This document shows, piece after piece, positions 48,906-57,140 of a stretch of 64,000 nucleotides of DNA. This DNA is from a virus (lineage: Duplodnaviria; Caudoviricetes), in IMG/VR virus record IMGVR_UViG_3300042009_000023, positions 25,357 to 89,356 of that record; one strand, 5' to 3'. The notes under the pieces are model-generated. The model had not been told where the DNA came from, did no database searches, and saw nothing but the letters and a program-made list of their open reading frames with translations. Within the stretch, counting starts at the first letter, position 1. Every line of letters starts with the position of its first letter. The position numbers and the translations under genes are program-made.

Positions 48906-49172
48906 ATGAACAAGAAAGAATTTATCAGTTGGGTTGAAAGCTTACCAGAAGACTTTGAAGTGTTTCCTATTAGTGCCTCTGAAATCACGGAGGAATCAAG
49001 TCCTTGGGTTTCTGACTACAGATCTGTAGGCACGACTTTTCAATCTGTCTATAAAAAGAATGTTCGTACAAATATGAAACTGGACGTAACCTTTGAGGGG
49101 GAGGTGTCTGGTGAGTTTAAGCGTGACCAGTTTGGTGTTGAGCAGTGGGCTAATATTCGGAGGGTTAAATGA
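48906..49172 (+). CDS. Hypothetical early protein
   Basis: ATG after AGGAGG; MNKKEFISWVESLP start. Confidence 0.6.
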   Translation: MNKKEFISWVESLPEDFEVFPISASEITEESSPWVSDYRSVGTTFQSVYKKNVRTNMKLDVTFEGEVSGEFKRDQFGVEQWANIRRVK

Positions 49173-49390
49173 AACAAATCACAGCAGAAGATGTACGCCT
49201 ACTCCAGAAAGAAACTGGTGAGGGGATGATGGCTTGTAAGAAGATTCTCGTGGAGAGGTATAAGGCTGAGGAGAAAGCAGAGATGGTCAAATCTATTGAG
49301 GAAATCAAATGGCAGTTGAAGTATTTTAGTGACAGGGATGTTATTGAGAATATTGTTGATGTGTTGGATTATTTGGTGAGACGATCTTGA
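49169..49390 (+). CDS. Small protein with an EF-Ts N-terminal (UBA-like) domain
   Basis: ITAEDVRLLQKETGEGMMACKKILVE aligns with EF-Ts [26 protein letters not shown]. Confidence 0.75.
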   Translation: MKQITAEDVRLLQKETGEGMMACKKILVERYKAEEKAEMVKSIEEIKWQLKYFSDRDVIENIVDVLDYLVRRS

Positions 49391-49601
49391 CAGGTAAATC
49401 TCCTGAAACCACCCAATAAACAGTGAATTCAACCTTGTGTTTGGAGGGCTATGTGTGAGATTATGGTTGTCTGGATTCAGTGATTTGGCTTGACTTTAGA
49501 AATTGTCTCAGGAAGGCAAATGGCTGTAGCCCTTGTGGTGTGCGGCCTGTAGCCTATTTTATTATTAATTACTCCTTATATAGAGAGTGAGGTGTGAAGG
49601 G

Positions 49602-50933
49602 ATGGAAGATATAGAGGAAGAAGGTTGGAATACGTTAGAGATAGGAGAACCGAGATACGAAGTACTAGAAGTTAATAAGATTGGGTATGATCCCACGAAT
49701 ACAAGATTGTTAATCTATGATATTAATTATCCTCGCTCTATAACAATACAATGTAAGTCTCTAGGTTATAAAGATACTCAAGTATTAAGTTGTGTTATCT
49801 ACAATCTCATCTCCTGTCTTCGTAAGAACAGGAAGCTTGTCTATTCCAGAGATAAATACGAGAAGAATAGAAGCAAGAAGAAGATAACAGCCTATAAAGT
49901 GATGAAAGTGGTTGACTGGCTTGAGAAAGAGGGCTATGCTACCAACTACATTGCACCACCTATCCAAAATAAGGATGACAGACAAGTGAGCTATATCATT
50001 CCAACCCTCAAATTTGTAGAACAGTTCTGTGATCTTGCAGAAGTTCAGCGTATGGCCGAGTTGGCATATCAAGAAGCCTATGCATACATTGAGCTTCGAA
50101 ATGAAGATAAAGAACCTGTATTATTTCGTAATACAAAGCAAACACAACGACTTGAAAGTGTTGTCAAGAAAATTAATATTCTAAATGACATCTGCACAGT
50201 GCGAGATAAAGAAGGAAATGTTCTAAACAACTTCTATTGCCGTGTATTTAATGGTGACTTTGGCCACGGTGGTCGATTCTATCGTGCTGATGTTCTCCGA
50301 TTGCCACACAGCGAAGGTCGTCTAGGTCGATATGATATCACTATCAACGGAAATCCCGTGGTAGAAATTGATTATGGTAATCTACACTTTCGCATAGCTG
50401 CTGTCCGTGAATATATTGATTTGTCTGAAGTGGCAAGTGATGTGTATATGGGCATTCTGGATGCAGAGGAAAAGACAGAAGCTAACCGTGCAATTGTTAA
50501 ACTGGCAGTCAACATCATGTTTAATTCACTTGATGATCGTAAAGCTAAGCAAGCTATTCAGAGTGAAATTAACCTAAAATTCAAGGATAATCAAGACCTT
50601 ACACTTCGTACAGGAACAGAAGTGTTCAATCGAGTTAAACAGGCTTATCCTCAATTTGATTCTCTGTTTTGCAATGGTGATGGGTACGGCTCAGTCTTGC
50701 AGAATTATGACAGTGAGTTGGCCGCCTGTGTGCTGGATGTGATGTCTGATAAAAATATTCCTTGCCTTCCTATTCACGATTCGTTTATAGTTGAGCGACA
50801 ACATCAGCGAACACTTGAAGAAGTGATGGGCGAATGTTTTAGAAAGTTGTTTCAAGTGGACGTTCCTGTACCAGTTGGTGTTGGTTACAGGGATGAGATC
50901 GGTCAAGTGCAAGAATATAAAATTATTGTCTAA
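49602..50933 (+). CDS. Compact T7-RNAP/PolA-fold polymerase-like protein
   Basis: GGRFY, VEIDYGNLHFRI (motif A), RAIVK (motif B), LPIHDSF (motif C). ATG 49602 follows GAGGTG. Confidence 0.7.
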   Translation: MEDIEEEGWNTLEIGEPRYEVLEVNKIGYDPTNTRLLIYDINYPRSITIQCKSLGYKDTQVLSCVIYNLISCLRKNRKLVYSRDKYEKNRSKKKITAYKVMKVVDWLEKEGYATNYIAPPIQNKDDRQVSYIIPTLKFVEQFCDLAEVQRMAELAYQEAYAYIELRNEDKEPVLFRNTKQTQRLESVVKKINILNDICTVRDKEGNVLNNFYCRVFNGDFGHGGRFYRADVLRLPHSEGRLGRYDITINGNPVVEIDYGNLHFRIAAVREYIDLSEVASDVYMGILDAEEKTEANRAIVKLAVNIMFNSLDDRKAKQAIQSEINLKFKDNQDLTLRTGTEVFNRVKQAYPQFDSLFCNGDGYGSVLQNYDSELAACVLDVMSDKNIPCLPIHDSFIVERQHQRTLEEVMGECFRKLFQVDVPVPVGVGYRDEIGQVQEYKIIV

Positions 50934-50943
50934 GGGGAAAATT

Positions 50944-51177
50944 ATGAACAATTGGATTTCCGTAGTACACCACCTACCTGAACTAAACGTAGACGGCTCT
51001 AAAGTATTTGACAGTATTGATGTAATCGCTACAGATGGTATTCATGTCTGCACTTGTGAGTTTCAATCTGGGTGGTATTGTCAAGAACAATGGTTCGCTT
51101 GGGGAAATTATAATGAAATCCCTAAGAGTCAGATTACACATTGGCAGTATTTGCCTAAGCCACCCGTGGAGGGTTGA
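50944..51177 (+). CDS. DUF551-like protein
   Basis: MNNWISV...LP start and ITHWQYLPKPP end. Confidence 0.75.
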   Translation: MNNWISVVHHLPELNVDGSKVFDSIDVIATDGIHVCTCEFQSGWYCQEQWFAWGNYNEIPKSQITHWQYLPKPPVEG

Positions 51178-51383
51178 TTATGACGGACGAGGATAAAGTG
51201 AAAATCTATGAAGCCTTCCTTCATAATCTAGATATGTTACTCTTGGTAGGAAACTCAGACAAGATTAAAGAGAAACTTGGTTTGGTAAGCGCATGGAGTT
51301 ACGCGCATCGTCAAGGTAATGGTGAACTGACAGAAGCTGAACAAAGATCACTAGTCGATAGTGCTCTGAAAAAGTTAAAATAA
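51174..51383 (+). CDS. Hypothetical protein
   Basis: 69 aa ORF followed by a terminator. Confidence 0.55.
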   Translation: MIMTDEDKVKIYEAFLHNLDMLLLVGNSDKIKEKLGLVSAWSYAHRQGNGELTEAEQRSLVDSALKKLK

Positions 51384-51391
51384 ATCCTCAC

Positions 51392-51427
51392 AGGCCGCTT
51401 GACGGCCTTTTCTTTTGTCTGTATTAT
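51392..51427 (+). promoter_or_regulatory. Composite terminator and sigma70 promoter
   Basis: AGGCCG-CTTGA-CGGCCT-TTTCTTTT hairpin overlapping TTGACG-N17-TATTAT. Confidence 0.75.
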
Positions 51428-51460
51428 TCTCACATCAGCCATTCACACAGAAGCTTTCTC

Positions 51461-51955
51461 ATGAATATCTTTGTAAGCCACAAATGCCCAACAGTATCAG
51501 CACAGAATTTACCGAACATTTTGCTAAATAAAATGGTGGTGGAAAGTTGCCAAATTTTATCCACAGTCCATCACACATTGGATGGTGTCCAAGTAGGCTA
51601 CAAACCTACACATCGTAACCACCCGAGTATGGTCTGGACCCGCTCAACCTCAGCTAATTACCAATGGCTCTATGCTCACTTCAAAGCGCTATGTTCAGAA
51701 TATACCTTTCGTACAGGAAAGATTCATAAGACATCTGAGCTATTATCTGTGCTAGACAAGCTTCCATGCAATATCAAGAAAGCTGAACTTGAGCCATTTG
51801 CTATGTGTATGGATGATGAGTATAAGAGGTTGGGGATTTTTGATCAGACGGTAGCTTATAGAAGTTATTTGAAGGCTAAGTTTGCAGAATGGGCTTGTAG
51901 AGACAGGCCTATTAAGGTACAGTGGTCGAATCGTAAACAACCGGAGTGGTATTGA
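51461..51955 (+). CDS. Pyrimidine dimer DNA glycosylase-like protein (T4 DenV/Pyr_excise family)
   Basis: MNIF...KMVVESCQILST...YKPTHRNHP...W.R....NYQWL pattern. Confidence 0.8.
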   Translation: MNIFVSHKCPTVSAQNLPNILLNKMVVESCQILSTVHHTLDGVQVGYKPTHRNHPSMVWTRSTSANYQWLYAHFKALCSEYTFRTGKIHKTSELLSVLDKLPCNIKKAELEPFAMCMDDEYKRLGIFDQTVAYRSYLKAKFAEWACRDRPIKVQWSNRKQPEWY

Positions 51956-51956
51956 A

Positions 51957-52085
51957 ATGAACAATCACGAACGCGGATACCAAGATTTCTACAAAGGTGT
52001 AGAGTTTGATGAAGATGAACTCATTGATTGGCAAGATGGGTGGTGTGCAGGTCAGTGGGAAAGAAGCTACAACATGGTTTGGTAA
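51957..52085 (+). CDS. Ribosome modulation factor (Rmf)-like small protein, 42 aa
   Basis: HERGYQ....G......W.DGW..G spacing as in Rmf. Confidence 0.5.
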   Translation: MNNHERGYQDFYKGVEFDEDELIDWQDGWCAGQWERSYNMVW

Positions 52086-52182
52086 TACTTCTTGTGCAAC
52101 ATGTGGTGATAGTCGTTGTGTTAGAATTATGCAAGCTGACTACGATAAACATCGTTATGAATCTGAAGATGAGGGTTATTAA

Positions 52183-55020
52183 ATGGCCTCTTTAGTTATG
52201 TGCGAAGGTACAGATTGTAGCCGAAAGGCATCCTGTAAACGCTTTACGCAGACTCCTTTGCTAAAGTTCCAAGCTTTTCTTTGTATGCCTGTGGCTTGCA
52301 AGAATCCTAATGATGGGTGTAAGTGGTTTGTCAACAACGAGGAGAAAGCAGAATGAAGCTCACAGGTAATGGTTTGACAGTTGAGGACTATGTATCGGCA
52401 AATCCTAATCAGTATTACAGCACCTTTACAGATAGCGAAGGTGCAACGATTAGGATTAAGACAACAACCCTTTGCCGAATGTACGAATTGGTTAAGTTTG
52501 ATCTACAACGTCGAAATGGTTGGGAATTTGTTTTGGAAGAGCTTTCAAATAATTCTTGACAACCTGTACCAAAACAGAGACAATACGGCTATCAAAGACA
52601 GCAATACATCACAGGAATTTAGGAGAGAATATTATGAACGAAGAGCTAGAAGATTTTGAAGAGTTCTATGTTTGTCCCTCTTGCGGGTATGAGGACCATG
52701 CTGACAAGTTTGGTGTATTCTGTCCATCGTGTGGAGAGAACCTAGACGAGCTTGAAGCTGAGCTAATTAAACAGGAGGAGAAATAATCATGGCAGTCAAG
52801 ACTAAACGTGCGATTGTGTCTAAGAAAGTTACTGATCAGCGGGTTGTTGATGCGTCTCGTTGGAAAGCTTTCATTTATGCATCAACCTTAGCTTACGAAT
52901 ACTTGACTGAAGAGTGGCTTGATTTCTTTTCAGCACAATCTGATCCTACTGTTGCTGGTACAGAACTTATTCGTCTGATTGATATTGCAATTGAGCGAGA
53001 TATTAAATGAGCATCTGGAGTAGCGCAACAGGAACTGTCACTGTTGATAACTCAGAACATTTCTCGCTTAAGAAATACACCCACTCCCTGTATGATGAAA
53101 TGACTCTTAACATTGAGTATGGGTGTGAGCTTGTCTCACTGCGAACAGACAAGTTCCACCTAAGTGTTTGTCTTGATGGTATGCAAGCTATGGAATTCTT
53201 TAACAAGTGGATGGAAGGAGTTCCGGGGCATGTCGATATGACTGTTGAATTGAGGATGGTGAAATGAAACTTACCCTAGAAGAGAGTTACATGATTCTTG
53301 AGCACAGGTACAAGGATGCCGCATATAACAGTGTTGAGGATGCAGAAGCTCTGTTAGAGATAGCTAAAACCTTCACTACTCTTGTAAAAGAGTATGTTGA
53401 TCAAGTTAAAGAGGCAGAAAAATGAACAACCTGTCTTTGAAAGAAGTTCAAATTATCTTCGGATACTTATATAATGTAACCTCGTTTACAAAATATGTTT
53501 CCGGGTACAGAAAATCCTACCAAGAGTATGATGTACGAGAAGATGTAGACTCAATTAGAATTTACTACGCGGGAACATCCGACTATAATATCCCTGTAAG
53601 TCGGGCTTGGGAGCTACCCCTATGAACCACCTTACCGAACTCCTAGAACGGCTCCAGCATGCAGAAACTGCCTACAAAACCTCGAAAAGTTCGTTAGATA
53701 ATAGTCTTGAGTATGTGCTTTGCCGCGAAGACTTGAAGCAGTGTCGTTTTCGCTTCGATAAGGCATGTCGTGAATATGTATTGGTTAATTTGTTTGGGCA
53801 TACTATTGAAGAGGAGGTTGAATTATAGTGAAACAAGTAACCTTATATTCGGCACATAAACAACAAGTGATATCATATGATATGCAATATGTACAGCAAT
53901 ATCACTATCCGTATGCATGGGACATTCTATCTGTACGTAATTCAGATACCATTCTTGACAAACAAGAAGTGGAAGTTAAACATCTTCCTATTGAAAGGTT
54001 TTGTTGGGCAGATGGCAGAGGTGGTTACACAAGAGAAGTCTTCGCAGCTTTTGATGAAGAGTTGAGAGAGCTTGTTGGTATCTCTCTTGAGAGATTTGAA
54101 CGTGATGTTCAGACCGCCACAGATAGGCGTGTAAAGCGAGACTATACCCAGTTGTTGGCGGTAAAAGATGACCACCAAGCATTGATAAGCCTTTCTCTAT
54201 GGGGTAGGTTAGCTTGGGCAATTAAGAAGGTTTGGAGGTAATAAAATGACTAACAAATTCCATTTAAACGAACTCATCCTCCTCCAGTCCAAAGGACAAC
54301 CAGAAAGAAATGGAGAGTATGTTGTAATTGATGTTAAGCATTCTCCAGCGTGTAGGAATGAGAGTACTGGCGAGATTCTTAAGGATGTTTATATCTATAA
54401 GCTTGAAGGGATTGAGGATGTGAGTTGGTTGGAGAGTGCTTTGCGTAAGGTTCATAAGGGAAGTGATTTTAATTTCACAGAGCTTATGAGCAACCTAAAT
54501 ACAAAGATACAACAACCTTGCTAGGAGAAATTTATGGGAAACGTTCCTGCATTCCTCTTAACACTACTGGTTGCATGTACAGTGGTTGTATACGCTCAGA
54601 GGACAGAGAACATGTGCGGTCAGGAGCAGAATAATGTCTTACTGTCAAGCAGTATTCCTCTGAAATGACTGGAAATTTAGTGGGTTTCGTCAGAAATATA
54701 TGTTGCACATGGATCCAAAAGGCGTAAACTGAACCTGTATCACCAATGACACACAACACACGTAGGAGCTTTTAATGAACACCCAAGAAATCAAGGCTAC
54801 CTTTGAACAAATGCAAGACGGTTACTCGTACTCGGAAGCACTTCTCGATTGTATCAACGCGATAAATCTCTCACAAACAGCCTTGGAAGAGCACCTTTCT
54901 AAGTGGCTGTGGCTTGCTGATGGCGAGGATTACAAGACTGAAGAGGACAAAGCTTACGCCATTACGCTAGGGAGAATTGAGGAAGTGCTTGTTTTTAAAG
55001 GATTAATTTACAACGATTGA
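52183..55020 (+). other. Run of small early hypothetical genes (Cys-rich 52183-52356; 52353-52559; Zn-ribbon 52634-52786; 52789-53010; 53007-53267; 53422-53625; 53828-54241; 54246-54524; 54775-55020 and others)
   Basis: Coupled ORFs with SDs; CEGTDC..KASC and CPSC..CPSC motifs. Confidence 0.6.
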
Positions 55021-55071
55021 TGTGGTTTGGGGAAACCATATAAATTTGTTTAATTATTTTTCAGAAAGGGC

Positions 55072-55100
55072 TTGACGGGGTGTAGGACATCACTTACAAT
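55072..55100 (+). promoter_or_regulatory. Sigma70 early promoter
   Basis: TTGACG-N17-TACAAT with an AT-rich UP region. Confidence 0.8.
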
Positions 55101-55105
55101 TTTAA

Positions 55106-55225
55106 ACATGAAAGGAGATGTACAGAGGGCCGCAGCAGTAAGCCCCTCCGGTAAAAACAGGGAGGCAAGCACGGTGTGAATAGTTCCCCGTGTTTATCAG
55201 GATCGGCGAGATCCATATCCTTTGG
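55106..55225 (+). ncRNA. Candidate structured leader RNA or sRNA
   Basis: Closing stem 55111-20/55214-23 enclosing three hairpins. See findings. Confidence 0.4.
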
Positions 55226-55233
55226 TGAATATC

Positions 55234-55826
55234 ATGGCACAAGTAGATAGTATTAAGGGCAACTTTTCTCCAGTAAGTGGCAACAATACTCGGAGGATGT
55301 TTGACAACCGGGGTAATTTCCTTGGTTTGATAATCAAGTGTTCTGAAGGGTATCGTGTGCAACGTTTGGATGGGAAATGTCGAGTCAAGAAAACATTGTC
55401 TGAGGCTTTTCGTTCTATAGCTCGGAGCAATTAGTGATGACTAAGACTCTTGGGTTCCTTATTGAACGAGATGGACGTACTTTGTTTCTCAGAGAGCTGG
55501 TAGAATGGGCTGTTGAAGATTCAGAGTACAAAGTTACAGCGTTGGTTGCTAAGGAGAATGTAGAGGATCTGGTATTGGAGGTTCCAAAAGAGCCTTCTAT
55601 TACTCAAACGGATGATACGCAGGAACGTCTCCAAATAATGGAGGAGTTGTTTGAAATACAAGAGTCTCAGATTGCACTACTGAAAGGACAACTAGAAAAG
55701 TTCATTGAGGTCGTCGAAGGCATAGTCGAGATAACGGAAGTGATTAGTCACAGTCCAATCGAAGCCCGCTCAAAGCTACTAGTTATCTCAGAAAGCTGTA
55801 AAGAGATACTGAAACCGAGCGAGTAA
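55234..55826 (+). other. Two hypothetical genes (55234-55434; 55434-55826, coiled coil)
   Basis: ORF track. Confidence 0.55.
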
Positions 55827-55844
55827 GTAAAAAGATTTACCTCA

Positions 55845-55879
55845 GGAGCCTTGACGGGCTCCTTTTTCTTGTCTAGAAT
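55845..55879 (+). promoter_or_regulatory. Composite terminator and sigma70 promoter
   Basis: GGAGCC-[TTGACG]-GGCTCC-TTTTT, where the loop is the -35 box; N17-TAGAAT follows. Confidence 0.8.
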
Positions 55880-55918
55880 TAGCACAACAGAGACAAACAA
55901 CCCCAAGGAATCGACATC

Positions 55919-56074
55919 ATGACCACCTACACAATCGTTGATATCCAAACCAAAGAAACCGTCGGTAAAGTCTACAACGACCGGAATCGTGCTCGTAAAC
56001 AAGCCGATCGACTTGACTTGAAGTACGGAGCTGTACGTTACATTGTCAAACCACACTTTACTGATGAGGTGTAA
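55919..56074 (+). CDS. Small early protein (51 aa)
   Basis: Own translation MTTYTIVDIQTKETVGKVY...DRLDLKYGAVRY; AAGGA SD. Confidence 0.65.
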   Translation: MTTYTIVDIQTKETVGKVYNDRNRARKQADRLDLKYGAVRYIVKPHFTDEV

Positions 56075-56381
56075 GATGAACGTGATCATAGTGACAGTCG
56101 AGGAACTTGAATCTCTAGTACACACTGCTAGGGACCGTGAAGGGCTGAGCCGCAATGAAGAAGTAAAATGGAATCGTAGGATTGACAATTCCAGAGAACC
56201 TAACTTCTTAGGCTACACTCAAGATGGAATGGCTCTGTACGTCTAGAGGTTAAGAATCCTGAACTTAAAGAGTGGGTGAGGGTTGAAAGCTCTTATATTA
56301 AGGATGTGGTGGTAGGTGCTAACACAGTAACCACTGGCAAGGCTGTGTTGAAAACTCTTCAAAAATAATTGAAAATACTTA

Positions 56382-56409
56382 TTGACGTAGGTGTTCAGTC
56401 TGCTATTCT
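56382..56409 (+). promoter_or_regulatory. Sigma70 early promoter
   Basis: TTGACG-N16-TATTCT with TGn. Confidence 0.7.
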
Positions 56410-56450
56410 AATCACATGAAGGAAGCAAAGGGCTTCCAAAGGGGAATGAA

Positions 56451-56621
56451 ATGACCACCTTCACAATCACTGACAACTTCACCAAAGAAATCGTAGCCAC
56501 TCGTAAGACAGAGAATGCTGCCAAGAAATGGGCTAAAGGGCTCAACCAAGGCTTGGCTCTGTTCAATGGGGAGCATGGAATGCAATTTCGGTACTCGGTT
56601 AGTAAGGTTGAAGCTAAATGA
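56451..56621 (+). CDS. Small early protein (56 aa), paralog of 55919-56074
   Basis: Own translation MTTFTITDNFTKEIVATRKTENAAKKWA... Confidence 0.65.
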   Translation: MTTFTITDNFTKEIVATRKTENAAKKWAKGLNQGLALFNGEHGMQFRYSVSKVEAK

Positions 56622-56933
56622 ACACAGACATCGAACATGATGACACAGAGCGTGGCCCACATGGTACACTGACACTCAAAAGACTTATTGCCTTGTGTTG
56701 TGTAGGAATTATTTGCTGGGTCGGGATTATCCAATGTGCTGTTAAACTATATGAGGTGTTGTCATGAACAACAAAGAGAAGTTGGAAGCTCTACTTGAAG
56801 CTATAGAGATAGCAAGAGTAAACTGTGAGGATGCTGAAGATGTATCGTCAAGGCTTAGCGTAGCTGGAATTCCTTGGGATGATTGGATGCTGATTCCTAG
56901 GCTTATTCAAGAACTTAAAAAGGAGGTAGTGTG

Positions 56934-57140
56934 ATGAGCGGCCAAGTAATGTGTTTTTGTAAAGCTTGTCAGGGTCGAACTATAGGGTTAAAGACTGGTT
57001 TGTCTTTTGGTGCCCACCTATTTAATTGGCTCCTGATTGTGTTGACAGGGGCGTTATGGATCGTTCCCTACATCCTGATTGTAGCTGTGAGCGGGTCTGT
57101 TCGTTGTACTAAGTGTGGAGGTAAGTCAAAGCAGCTATGA
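56934..57140 (+). CDS. LITAF-like Zn-ribbon membrane protein
   Basis: CKAC, then a hydrophobic hairpin (HLFNWLLIVLTGALWIVPYILI), then CTKC. Confidence 0.55.
   Translation: MSGQVMCFCKACQGRTIGLKTGLSFGAHLFNWLLIVLTGALWIVPYILIVAVSGSVRCTKCGGKSKQL

Noticed and set aside
52556-52584. Possible promoter TTGACA-N17-GACAAT
   Set aside because: The -10 box lacks the highly conserved first T, so it was not listed as a feature.
55121-55170. Partial resemblance to pistol or twister ribozyme segments (AGGGC...TAAGCCC, GGTAAAAA)
   Set aside because: Required conserved loops and pseudoknot partners could not be placed. Kept only as a generic structured RNA pending an Infernal search.
55183-55207. GTTCCCCG resembling the start of a type I-E CRISPR repeat (possible RNA anti-CRISPR)
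   Set aside because: The complementary CGGGG arm and ATAAACCG tail are absent, and there is no second copy or spacer structure.
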